A DNA stretch of 64,000 nucleotides from an uncultured virus (IMG/VR IMGVR_UViG_3300037067_004637) (IMGVR_UViG_3300037067_004637), one strand, 5' to 3'; positions 50,235-59,959 are shown, numbered from the stretch's first letter. Notes: generated by a model from the letters alone, not told the origin. Made by a program: numbers and translations.

Positions 50235-51118
50235 TTAATAGAAAAATTGATAATATAGAAGAACGTTTAAAGGGAGAATTTGATTATATTCAAAAAAAAT
50301 ATCCAACTGTTGCTTTAAACATACACGATTGGTGGGGTAAACCTAATGATAGAAGTAGAGGAAAAAATATATTATTTGCAACAGAAGGTTATATAACTAT
50401 GCCAAATAATTATAATATAGATTCAATTAAAAAATATGATGTTTTAATAACTAACAATTCTAAATTTAAAAAATTACACCCCGAATTAAATATTGTAAAT
50501 ATAAATGCTCCTGTTAATTGGGAAAATTATTATGAATTAGAAACTTTTATACCATATAATAAAAAAATAAAGGGTGTTTGTTCATTACAAAGAGTATATA
50601 ATACTGGTGTTGTTGGTGATATAAATTATATGAAACATAGTGTTATGAATGAATTGAATGTTGAACCATATTTGATTTTACACACTTTTGGCCCTGCACA
50701 ATTTGGAAAAAAAGAATCATATCAAGGAAATTTAGGGTATAAACATAGTCATTATTATAATCTCAAAAAAATAAATGAATATTTATTTTGTTGGTGTCCT
50801 GAACCAATTTATCATGAATTGTGGAGCTATGATTATGTAACCGAAAGATTATTTAATTGTTTTAAATCTAAAACAATTGCAATTTATTATGGTTGTTATA
50901 ATATTGAAGAACTTATACCTAAAGAATTATATATAGATTTTAGAGATTTTAGAGATTTAAATGAATTATCTAATTATTTAATAGAACTTTCAAACGATAA
51001 AGAAAGATATAATAATATTATTGAAACAGCATATCAATGGAATTTAGATACTAAATTGGGTAGTATGGTAGAATTAGAAAAAATTTTACAAGAATGTATA
51101 ACAAAATATTCAATTTAA
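50228..51118 (+). CDS. GT10 (alpha-1,3-fucosyltransferase-like) glycosyltransferase
   Basis: YLFCWCPE...DYVTERLFNCF...TIAIYYG resembles the GT10 motif. Confidence 0.65.
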   Translation: MLVNRKIDNIEERLKGEFDYIQKKYPTVALNIHDWWGKPNDRSRGKNILFATEGYITMPNNYNIDSIKKYDVLITNNSKFKKLHPELNIVNINAPVNWENYYELETFIPYNKKIKGVCSLQRVYNTGVVGDINYMKHSVMNELNVEPYLILHTFGPAQFGKKESYQGNLGYKHSHYYNLKKINEYLFCWCPEPIYHELWSYDYVTERLFNCFKSKTIAIYYGCYNIEELIPKELYIDFRDFRDLNELSNYLIELSNDKERYNNIIETAYQWNLDTKLGSMVELEKILQECITKYSI

Positions 51119-51122
51119 TTTT

Positions 51123-51908
51123 ATGAAAATATCTATAATATCAACATATTATAATAGAAAAGACGTTTTTTATAACACTTTAGTTTCTATTAGTAAATCT
51201 AAATTTACTAATTATGAATATATTGTTGTTGATGATGGTAGTGATAAGGAAGAAAGAATTGAAGATTTTGAAAAAATATTTTCTTTTTTAAAAATAATAA
51301 GAATAGATAAAAAAGATAAATGGTGGATTAATCCATGTATACCTTTTAATATTGGATTTAAAGAAGCAAATGGAGATATTATTGTGTTACAAAACCCTGA
51401 ATGTTATCATATGTATGATAATTTATTATATTTTAGTGAAAATATTAAAGAAAATAATTATATATCATTATCAGCATACAGTTTAGATGATATTTTTACC
51501 ATCAAACTAAAAAATTATATTTTAAATAATAATGAAAAAGAAATAATTTCATTATTCGATAAATTGAATAAAAACAAACCAATTAATAATTATTTAAATT
51601 GTTGGTTAAATCATTCGGTATATATGCCATTTTATTATCATTATTGTTCAGCTATTAGTAAATCTAATTTAAATTTATTAGGTGGTTTTGATGAAAGATA
51701 TGCTCATGGTATTGGTAAAGATGATGATGAATTTGTTGAAAGAATAAAAAGATTAAAAATAAAAATGTATATTAATGATAATTTAACGGTATTACATCAA
51801 TATCATTATAATATTTTTAATAATAATATATATTTTAAAGAATTAGTAAATAAAAATAAATTTATTTTTGAGAATTTTACTAAAAAAGAATTAGATTATA
51901 AAAAATAA
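51123..51908 (+). CDS. Glycosyltransferase family 2
   Basis: Close paralog of 47830..48627 (KDKWWINPCIPFNIGFKEA identical). Confidence 0.85.
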   Translation: MKISIISTYYNRKDVFYNTLVSISKSKFTNYEYIVVDDGSDKEERIEDFEKIFSFLKIIRIDKKDKWWINPCIPFNIGFKEANGDIIVLQNPECYHMYDNLLYFSENIKENNYISLSAYSLDDIFTIKLKNYILNNNEKEIISLFDKLNKNKPINNYLNCWLNHSVYMPFYYHYCSAISKSNLNLLGGFDERYAHGIGKDDDEFVERIKRLKIKMYINDNLTVLHQYHYNIFNNNIYFKELVNKNKFIFENFTKKELDYKK

Positions 51909-51919
51909 ATATTTTAAAA

Positions 51920-52468
51920 ATGATAATTAAAAAAATTGATAAAAATGAATGGATTAACGAAAACACAAAAGATTCTAAGTGTGTTGTTGAATTAGGTGCA
52001 GGTTTTTTTAATAGATTAAAATCTGTAAATTCTAATGTTAAAATTAAAATTGGTATAGAGATATATAAACCATATATTGATAATTCTTCTTACCATGATT
52101 GTATTAAAATTCATGGTGATATATTAGAATATAAAGAATTATTAAAAGATTATGTATTTGATACTGTTATGGTTATTGACGTTTTAGAACATTTAGAAAA
52201 AGATGTTGCTTTTAATTTAATGGAAAATTTGAAAAAAGATTTTAATAAAATATTATTAGATTTACCTTTTGGTAAATTTGAACAAGATAAAGATATAACT
52301 GGATTTGGTGGTCATGAATTTCAAACACACAGAAGTTATTGGTACGAAGAAGATATAGAAAAATTAAATTTTAATATTAATATATTAGATAAATATCACC
52401 ATATGAGTGATTTTAGAAAATTAAATAATTTAGATATGGGTTGTTTTTTTGGTGTTTGGAAAAAATAA
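51920..52468 (+). CDS. Class I SAM-dependent methyltransferase
   Basis: VVELGAG, GIE, FDTV..IDVLEHL, HRSYW. Confidence 0.8.
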   Translation: MIIKKIDKNEWINENTKDSKCVVELGAGFFNRLKSVNSNVKIKIGIEIYKPYIDNSSYHDCIKIHGDILEYKELLKDYVFDTVMVIDVLEHLEKDVAFNLMENLKKDFNKILLDLPFGKFEQDKDITGFGGHEFQTHRSYWYEEDIEKLNFNINILDKYHHMSDFRKLNNLDMGCFFGVWKK

Positions 52469-52478
52469 TTAAAAATAA

Positions 52479-53369
52479 ATGATAAATATAATATGGCAAA
52501 CTTTTTCTTCTGATAATCAAGTTATACATAATGAAACTTTATGTCAATTTGAATATATTACAAAAGTTTTATTTAAAAATATAGAATTCAAAAATTATTT
52601 TGATAATAAAGAATATAAAACTGTATTAAATAATTCTATTATTATTTATTCAGCTTGGAACAAATATATTGATAATGAACAAAAAGAATATTTTAATAAA
52701 TTTAAAAATAACGGTTTTAATTATATTTTATTTCATTTATCAAACGAATTTTTGGATCATTATCATGATTATTATTCTGATGCAAATTTCGTTTTTAGAT
52801 TTCATTTTGATCCTGATATAAAGTTGTCTAATGTTTTTACTTTTCCTATGGGTTTTTTATCAGGTTATTTAAATAATGATAATAATATAAATTTATCAAA
52901 AGATAGAAATTTATTGGTAACTTTTGTTGGTGATCTTAAACATGATAGACGAATAATGATAGATAATATATCTAATATAGAAAATAAATTTATACATTGT
53001 ACTAATACTTGGGGTGCATCTAATATGTTATCATTTAAAGATGTTATTGAAGTATACAAAAAAACATTATTCGTTCCTATACCATTAGGTTATGGTAATA
53101 GAGATGAAACATGTAGACCATATGAAGCTTTAGAATATGGTTGTATACCTATATTGAAAAAAGTAAATGGTGTTGATTTTTACAAATCAGTTTTAGGTGA
53201 ACATCCATTACCATCTGTTAATGAATGGTCAGAATTAAAACCATTAATGGAAAAATTATCAACAGAAAAAATTGATGATTTAATTATTAAAATACATAAT
53301 TGGTATCTGAATTTAAAAGATGAATTATCAAAAAAAGCATCAGATATTATAAACAAAAATTTAATATAA
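52479..53369 (+). CDS. Exostosin/GT47-like glycosyltransferase
   Basis: TFVG, FVPIPLG...ETCRPYEALEYGCIPI. Confidence 0.65.
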   Translation: MINIIWQTFSSDNQVIHNETLCQFEYITKVLFKNIEFKNYFDNKEYKTVLNNSIIIYSAWNKYIDNEQKEYFNKFKNNGFNYILFHLSNEFLDHYHDYYSDANFVFRFHFDPDIKLSNVFTFPMGFLSGYLNNDNNINLSKDRNLLVTFVGDLKHDRRIMIDNISNIENKFIHCTNTWGASNMLSFKDVIEVYKKTLFVPIPLGYGNRDETCRPYEALEYGCIPILKKVNGVDFYKSVLGEHPLPSVNEWSELKPLMEKLSTEKIDDLIIKIHNWYLNLKDELSKKASDIINKNLI

Positions 53370-53399
53370 ACTTTAATTTACTTTAATAATATAATATTC

Positions 53400-54470
53400 A
53401 TGAAAATATTAACAATAATAGGAACAAGACCAGAAATTATTAGATTAAGTTTAATAATTAAAAAATTGGATGATTTAGTAGAACATGTTTTAGTTTATAC
53501 AAATCAAAATTATGATTATAATTTAAGTAAAATATTTTTTGAAGAATTAGAAATTAGAAATCCTAATTATTATTTTAATTTTGAAACAAAAAGCATAGGA
53601 GAATTTCTTTCAAAATCAATTTTAGAATTTGAAAATATACTTCAAAAAGAACAACCAGATAAAATACTTATATTAGGTGATACTAATTCAGGTTTATTAG
53701 GTATAATAGGAAGAAAATATAACATACCAATTTATCATATGGAAGCTGGTAATCGTTCATTTGATGAAAGAGTTCCAGAAGAAGCAAATAGAAAAATAAT
53801 AGATTCTATTTCTAAATACAATCTTCCTTATACTGAAAATAGTAAACAAAATCTTTTAAATGAAGGATATCATAAAAATTATGTTTATAAAATTGGTAAT
53901 CCAATTAATGAAGTTATAAATCATTATTCAGATAAAATAAATCAAAGTAATATATTAAATACTTTAAATTTAAAAGAAAATAATTTTGTTTTAGTTACAG
54001 CACATAGATCAGAAAATGTAGATAATGATGAAAATTTAAAAACAATTATTAAATTTTTAAATAAAATTTCCGAAGATAAAATAGTTATTTTCTCTGTTCA
54101 CCCAAGAACACAATCAAAAATAAAAAAATTTAGTTTAGAAATAAATTTTAATATAATATTATCTAAACCATTTGGATTTTTTGATTTTATTAAATTAGAA
54201 AAAAATGCTTATGTAACAATATCTGATTCGGGTACTTGCGGAGAGGAAACGTATTTATTTGGAAAACAAAGTATTACAATAAGAAAATATACAGAAAGAC
54301 AAGAATTAGTTGAATATGGGAGTACATTTTTAACAGATATTGATTACGATACCATGATTAATTGTTATAATTCAATTAAAAATATGAATAATAATTTTAC
54401 TTATAATGATGATTATTTTTCAACTAATGTGTCAGATAAGACTATAAGAATATTATTAGGAAAAAATTAA
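53400..54470 (+). CDS. UDP-N-acetylhexosamine 2-epimerase (WecB/FnlC/QnlB family)
   Basis: GTRPEII, LGDTNS, HMEAGNRSFD..VPEE.NR, TAHRSEN, SDSGT. Confidence 0.9.
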   Translation: MKILTIIGTRPEIIRLSLIIKKLDDLVEHVLVYTNQNYDYNLSKIFFEELEIRNPNYYFNFETKSIGEFLSKSILEFENILQKEQPDKILILGDTNSGLLGIIGRKYNIPIYHMEAGNRSFDERVPEEANRKIIDSISKYNLPYTENSKQNLLNEGYHKNYVYKIGNPINEVINHYSDKINQSNILNTLNLKENNFVLVTAHRSENVDNDENLKTIIKFLNKISEDKIVIFSVHPRTQSKIKKFSLEINFNIILSKPFGFFDFIKLEKNAYVTISDSGTCGEETYLFGKQSITIRKYTERQELVEYGSTFLTDIDYDTMINCYNSIKNMNNNFTYNDDYFSTNVSDKTIRILLGKN

Positions 54471-54477
54471 TTTTTTA

Positions 54478-55059
54478 TTGATGAAGAAATATAATATAAT
54501 TTATGCTGACCCTGCTTGGCAAATGACATATGTAAAAGGTGGATTAACTGCTGGTTCTGTTAAAGGTGGAGAAGAATTACCTTATAAAACTATGACTGAT
54601 GATGAAATAATGGCTTTGTCAATTAAAGATATTGCTGATGACAATGCTTTATTATTTATGTGGATAACAGATAATAGAATACCAAAAGTAGCGCAATTTA
54701 TGGAAGCTTGGGGATTTAAATATAATTCTCTTGCTTTTGTTTGGAATAAAATTAGTAAATATAAAGAAGGTTTAGTAAGAACAACATTAACACCATATAC
54801 AAGAAGAAGTTGTGAATATTGTTTTATGGGTACAAGAGGTAAAACAAAAGATTTAATTCAAGATCATTATGTTTTACAATATGTAGCTTGGGCTAGTGAA
54901 ACAAGAAAACATTCAGTAAAACCAGATGAAGTACGTCAAAGAATTGTAAAACTTTGTGGTGATTTACCAAGAATAGAATTATTCGCAAGAGAACAAAAAA
55001 ATGGTTGGGATGTTTGGGGAAATGAAGTAGATTTATCTATTGATTTAAAAAATAATTAA
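54478..55059 (+). CDS. MT-A70 family adenine methyltransferase
   Basis: IIYADPAW, Y.TM, LFMW, WGF, HSVKP, RIELFAR, GWDVWGNE. Confidence 0.9.
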   Translation: MMKKYNIIYADPAWQMTYVKGGLTAGSVKGGEELPYKTMTDDEIMALSIKDIADDNALLFMWITDNRIPKVAQFMEAWGFKYNSLAFVWNKISKYKEGLVRTTLTPYTRRSCEYCFMGTRGKTKDLIQDHYVLQYVAWASETRKHSVKPDEVRQRIVKLCGDLPRIELFAREQKNGWDVWGNEVDLSIDLKNN

Positions 55060-55067
55060 AATTAAAA

Positions 55068-56057
55068 ATGTATAATAATGCTCGAATTCTCATAACTGGT
55101 GGCAGTGGTAGTTGGGGTAACGAACTAACCAAACAACTTTTAGATAAAAATCCAAAAGAAATAATAATTTATTCCAGAGGTGAACTTGCACAAGTTACTA
55201 TGGAAAGAAAATTCAATAATCCAAAACTTAAATTTGTTATTGGTGATGTTAGAGATTATGAATCTTTAAGAAAAGCCATGCAAGGTGTTGATTATGTGTA
55301 CCATATGAGCGCATTAAAACACGTTCCAGTTTGTGAGAATCATCCACAAGAAGCTATAAAAACAAATATAGATGGCACAAGTAATGTCATTAATGCAGCA
55401 ATTGTAAATAATGTTAAAAAAGTCCTAGATGTCAGCACCGACAAGGCAGTGAGTGCAAATAATCTATATGGTATGACAAAAGCTGTTGGTGAAAAACTTA
55501 TTATACAAGCAAATAATTTAACATTAAATACGGATTTTGTTTGTGTTAGAGGTGGTAATGTACTTGGTTCAAATGGAAGTGTTGTGCCATTTTTTATTGA
55601 TCAAATAAAAAGATTTAATAAGGTTACTATTACAGATAGTACTATGACACGATATTTTTTAACTTTACCAGAAGCTATTCAACTTTTATTTCAAGCATCT
55701 GAGTACAGTATAGGTGGTGAAACATATGTAATGAATATGCCATCTTTTTATATAAAAGATTTAGCTGAAGTTATAGTTAATTATTATGGTGATGAAAATA
55801 CCAAAATAGAAGAAATAGGTAGTAGAGAAGGTGAAAAGGTTCATGAACTTTTAATATCTGAACATGAAGCAAAAAACACTAAAGTTTTTAATGATGATTA
55901 TTATGTTATTTTACCTTCAATTAAAATAAATAGAGATTATACACATTTATATAATAATGTTAAAGTAAATTTTAAAGAATTTTCATCTAATGATAATTTA
56001 AAAAATAAAGATTTTCTTTATGAATTATTAATGAGAGGTGGTTTTCTTACAAAATAA
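55068..56057 (+). CDS. UDP-GlcNAc 4,6-dehydratase/epimerase (FnlA/PseB/CapD-like SDR)
   Basis: ITGGSGSWG, GDVRD, ALKHVP, STDKA, YGMTK, GNVLGS.GSV, MTRY. Confidence 0.9.
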   Translation: MYNNARILITGGSGSWGNELTKQLLDKNPKEIIIYSRGELAQVTMERKFNNPKLKFVIGDVRDYESLRKAMQGVDYVYHMSALKHVPVCENHPQEAIKTNIDGTSNVINAAIVNNVKKVLDVSTDKAVSANNLYGMTKAVGEKLIIQANNLTLNTDFVCVRGGNVLGSNGSVVPFFIDQIKRFNKVTITDSTMTRYFLTLPEAIQLLFQASEYSIGGETYVMNMPSFYIKDLAEVIVNYYGDENTKIEEIGSREGEKVHELLISEHEAKNTKVFNDDYYVILPSIKINRDYTHLYNNVKVNFKEFSSNDNLKNKDFLYELLMRGGFLTK

Positions 56058-56067
56058 TATTATTTAT

Positions 56068-56769
56068 ATGTTTGAATATAACGAATTTGTTAGGCAGATT
56101 AAAGAAGGATTGATATTAACTCATAATATTTATGATTATAAATCATCTTTAGATATTGAAATGCATTCTATGGGTATAAAATATAGTTTAAAAATACATT
56201 CAAAATTTAAATATGATTTAGAACTTTTTAATGTTAACAATATTAAAAATGAATATTTAGATAATGTTATAAATATTAATGTTAATTTGTTTGGTTATTA
56301 TCCAACTTACATATGGATAGTAAATAAAAATGGATTAAAAAATGATTTTAAATATGATGAAAAATATTTAAATAATAAATATACTTATATTAAAATTAGA
56401 TTTGAAGCTAAATATGATGATGGTTTATATAAAAATTCATTAGAAGTTCCTGAAATTGCATATCACATGACACCACAAAAAAACAAAGAAAGAATTTTAA
56501 AAACTGGTTTATATCCTAAAAGATTTAGTAGAAAATCTAATCATCCAGAAAGAATATATATGTTTTATCATTTAAATAATTATGAATCTTTATTAAAAAT
56601 GCTAAAAACAACTGATATGTTAAATGGTGAACAATATGAATATATGTTATTAGAAGTAAAATTAAACAATAATAATATTATTCATACTGATCCAAATTAT
56701 TCTGATGGGTTTTTTACATATGATAATATACCACATGTAAATATTAAAATATTAAAAGAAAATTTATAA
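56068..56769 (+). CDS. Leader-like-tagged ART-like (Tpt1/KptA-like motif) protein
   Basis: Start reassigned to MFEYNEFVRQIKE; AYHMT...RILKTGLYP...RIYMF...NIP. Confidence 0.55.
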   Translation: MFEYNEFVRQIKEGLILTHNIYDYKSSLDIEMHSMGIKYSLKIHSKFKYDLELFNVNNIKNEYLDNVININVNLFGYYPTYIWIVNKNGLKNDFKYDEKYLNNKYTYIKIRFEAKYDDGLYKNSLEVPEIAYHMTPQKNKERILKTGLYPKRFSRKSNHPERIYMFYHLNNYESLLKMLKTTDMLNGEQYEYMLLEVKLNNNNIIHTDPNYSDGFFTYDNIPHVNIKILKENL

Positions 56770-56787
56770 AAAATAATTAAAATTACA

Positions 56788-57618
56788 ATGAAAAAAATAT
56801 TTATTTTAGGTTATACAGGAATGTTAGGTAGATATATTTATTCCTATTTTAAAAACAATAGTAGTTATGATATTATTGGTATCAATAGAAATGATTTAGA
56901 TTTTTCTAAAGTTAGTCAAGAAACATTAAGAGCTTTTTTGTTTCATAGAGGTTTAAAAGAAAATGATGTAATAATAAATTGTATTGGTATGATTAAACAA
57001 AGAACTGACCAAAAGTCATTAGATTTTATTTTGATTAATTCAGTTTTGCCACAATATTTATCTAATATATGTGAAGCAGAAAAATGTTATTTGATCCACC
57101 CTACTACCGATTGCTGTTTTTCTGGAGTTACTGGTTATTATACCGAAAATGATAAACATGATGTTAGTGATATTTATGGTGTAACAAAATCATTAGGTGA
57201 AACATCAAATGATACAGTTATTAGAACTTCAATTATAGGTGAAGAAGTTGGTCAAAGTAGGTCGTTTATTGAGTGGGTTAAATCAAGTAAAGATAAAGAA
57301 GTTTTTGGTTTTACCAATAATACGTGGAATGGTGTTACTTGTTTACAATTTGCTAAAATATGTTTACAAATAGTTGATAAAAATATGTTTTGGAAAGGTG
57401 TTAGACATGTTTATTCACCAACAGCATATAGAAAAGGTGATTTAGTTCAATTAATATCTGATATTTATGAATTAAATGTTAAAATTACACCTAAAGAAAT
57501 GTCAGAAAATTGTTTTAGAACATTAAGTTCTATTTATGAAATCGTTAATGAGTTTAATATACCTGAATTAGAAGTTCAAATTAGAGAACAAAAAGAGTTT
57601 TATGAATTTCTAAAATAA
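56788..57618 (+). CDS. RmlD-like NDP-4-keto-6-deoxysugar reductase
   Basis: ILGYTGMLG, INCIG, TTDCCFSG, YGVTKSLGE, RTSIIG. Confidence 0.85.
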   Translation: MKKIFILGYTGMLGRYIYSYFKNNSSYDIIGINRNDLDFSKVSQETLRAFLFHRGLKENDVIINCIGMIKQRTDQKSLDFILINSVLPQYLSNICEAEKCYLIHPTTDCCFSGVTGYYTENDKHDVSDIYGVTKSLGETSNDTVIRTSIIGEEVGQSRSFIEWVKSSKDKEVFGFTNNTWNGVTCLQFAKICLQIVDKNMFWKGVRHVYSPTAYRKGDLVQLISDIYELNVKITPKEMSENCFRTLSSIYEIVNEFNIPELEVQIREQKEFYEFLK

Positions 57619-57628
57619 TTTTTCTAAG

Positions 57629-58942
57629 ATGAATTTATCAAATATAAAAATATTAACTGAAAATGGTTATAATTATATTAAAAATATTAAAATAAATGAT
57701 AAAATTTATTCACATAATGGTAATATTAATATTATAAAAAACGTTTTAAAAAAAGAAATAAACAAAACAATTTATAACATAAAAACTTTAGGTAATGATG
57801 ATATTAATTGTGATGAAAATCAACATTGGTTAACTATTAAAAGAAAATGGAGAGAAAATGTCAATTTTGATAATTCAGAGTGGATTAATACTAAAAATTT
57901 AGAAATTGGAAATTTAATTTTAATACCAAAATTAAAATTATTAGAACAAACTATTTATAATATTGAATTGTTAAATTATTCAGATGAATTAAAAAATGTA
58001 TACCAAGAATACGATTTATTTTTAAATCAAATTAAAGGAAAAAATATAAATATAACTAAGTTTTGTAAAGAAAATAAATTAAATTACAGAAAAATAATAA
58101 ATTGGAAATGTAATGAAAATGAAAAACCAAAAATTTGTAATAAAATAATTAATTTAAATATAAATAAAAACACATCTTGGTTTTTAGGTATATATTTAGC
58201 AGAAGGGTGGACTGATAATTCAAAAGGTAGAAAAACAATTACTATATCATTAGGTGATGAACCAGATTTAATAGAAAAAACAATTAATATAATTAAAAAT
58301 GAGTTTAATATACAACCTTATATTAGGAAATATGAAAAACAAAAAGGTTGTCAAATATCATTTACACACCAATTATTATCAGAAATGTTTATTAAAGATT
58401 TTAGTAATGGTGAAAAAACATTTTCTCATACAAAAAAAATACCAGAATGGATTAGTAATATTGGTAAAGAAAATGTTATTGAATTTTTAAGAGGATATTT
58501 TGATGGTGATGGTTGTTTTTTTGAAAAAGAACGAAATTGTAATTTCACAGTATCATCAGTTTCTGAAATATTAATAGATGAAATAAAAATTTTATTGATG
58601 AAATTAGACATTTTACCTAATAAAATATCCAATTTTAGAAAAAAACAAGAATTCATTTGTGGAAGAAAAGTGAATACAAAAAATAAATATGTATTACAAG
58701 TAAGTGGTAAACAACTTGAAAAGTTTATAAACATTTTTAATATAAATAGTATAAATTTTTATAAATATAAAAGATATAATAGATTTTTTGAAAATAATTT
58801 TTATTGGGCTATACCAGTTACAAAAATAGAAAAAGAATTTTATAATGGAAATAATTATAATCTTGATATAGAAAATGATAATTCGTATTTAGTAAATGGT
58901 GGTTTATCTACAAACAATAATATTAAATTGAAAAACATTTAA
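57629..58942 (+). CDS. Free-standing intein-derived LAGLIDADG homing endonuclease
   Basis: Hint-like N-terminus (KILTENG...I..IKINDKIYSHNG, QHWLT), LGIYLAEG and FLRGYFDGDG motifs, C-terminal YNLDIENDNSYLVNG; no exteins. Confidence 0.8.
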   Translation: MNLSNIKILTENGYNYIKNIKINDKIYSHNGNINIIKNVLKKEINKTIYNIKTLGNDDINCDENQHWLTIKRKWRENVNFDNSEWINTKNLEIGNLILIPKLKLLEQTIYNIELLNYSDELKNVYQEYDLFLNQIKGKNINITKFCKENKLNYRKIINWKCNENEKPKICNKIINLNINKNTSWFLGIYLAEGWTDNSKGRKTITISLGDEPDLIEKTINIIKNEFNIQPYIRKYEKQKGCQISFTHQLLSEMFIKDFSNGEKTFSHTKKIPEWISNIGKENVIEFLRGYFDGDGCFFEKERNCNFTVSSVSEILIDEIKILLMKLDILPNKISNFRKKQEFICGRKVNTKNKYVLQVSGKQLEKFINIFNINSINFYKYKRYNRFFENNFYWAIPVTKIEKEFYNGNNYNLDIENDNSYLVNGGLSTNNNIKLKNI

Positions 58943-58987
58943 TGTCTTATTTTATATATAAAATTTATAAAAAATAATTTCAATGAT

Positions 58988-59515
58988 TTGAATTTTACAG
59001 ATATTACTAAAAAAATCAAATATTATTATATTAATAATAAAATTAACAATAATATTTGGGAAGGTAGTGAATTTGAATGGATAAAAAAATTGTCTACTTG
59101 CGAAAAAGGAAATGTTGGAGAAAAAATTATTAATAGTTATTATATTTTAAAACAAAAAGATATATGTAAAAGATCATCGGTTGAAAATGATACAGTTATA
59201 AACAATAAAAAAATTGAAGTTAAATTATCTTGTTTAAATGGAACTGGTTGTTTTAAGTGGCTTCAAATTAGGCTTGATGATGATTTTGATTATTTATTTT
59301 TAATTTCTGTATACCCTAATGAAATTAAAACTTATAAATTTTCAAAAGATTATTTATTAGATTTAGAAAAAGATAATATTATTAAAAATCAACATGGTGG
59401 TAAAAGAAATAAAGATTTTAGAATAAAATATTTATCTATACATAAAGATAGATTACCATATTGGTTTACTACATGTGAAGTTGTAAATATGAATAATCGT
59501 TTGGATATTTTATAA
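58988..59515 (+). CDS. PD-(D/E)xK nuclease, restriction-endonuclease-like
   Basis: KGNVGE, ND...KIEVKLS, FKWLQIR. Confidence 0.55.
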   Translation: MNFTDITKKIKYYYINNKINNNIWEGSEFEWIKKLSTCEKGNVGEKIINSYYILKQKDICKRSSVENDTVINNKKIEVKLSCLNGTGCFKWLQIRLDDDFDYLFLISVYPNEIKTYKFSKDYLLDLEKDNIIKNQHGGKRNKDFRIKYLSIHKDRLPYWFTTCEVVNMNNRLDIL

Positions 59516-59538
59516 TAAAGTATTATATTTATAATATT

Positions 59539-59937
59539 ATGAAAGAAAACAATTTAAAAGAAAAATTTATGGTATCAGCATATTATAAATATGTTGGCAA
59601 TAATAAGAAAATTTTCAATAAAGCAAGAGAAAAGTTTGGTGTTTTAATTGCATATTCTCATAATTTATATGACTATACAGATTATATGATAGATATAGCT
59701 GTTACATATTATGATCCATATAAAAAGAAAGAAGTTGAAAAAATAAATGGTGGTGATAATATTCTATTAACTTACTATTATTATTCAGTAGAAAAAAAAT
59801 GTTTTGTAGAATTAAATTATTTAAAAGAATATAAAATACTTCCTTTAAATTTTTTCAAAAAAAATTTTATACAACTTAATGGTGATATAAAAAAATCTAT
59901 AATAAGAGAATTGAAGATAAAATCAATTTTAGAATAA
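59539..59937 (+). CDS. Hypothetical protein with C-terminal IRELKIKS motif
   Basis: Ends KKSIIRELKIKSILE. Confidence 0.6.
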   Translation: MKENNLKEKFMVSAYYKYVGNNKKIFNKAREKFGVLIAYSHNLYDYTDYMIDIAVTYYDPYKKKEVEKINGGDNILLTYYYYSVEKKCFVELNYLKEYKILPLNFFKKNFIQLNGDIKKSIIRELKIKSILE

Positions 59938-59959
59938 AAAATATTTTAAAAAAATATTT

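Noticed and set aside
38725..57618. Bacterial O-antigen/capsule operon (host contamination)
   Set aside because: No wzx/wzy/wzz or ABC exporter; interleaved with phage fibre genes; same composition and promoter motif as the rest of the window.
4128..58734. Short antisense or alternate-frame ORFs in the track (e.g. 4128, 6760, 7992, 9537, 14139, 20312, 28443, 34460, 37010, 40635, 41167, 58426)
   Set aside because: They lie within longer motif-bearing genes and are shadows of codon bias or repeats.
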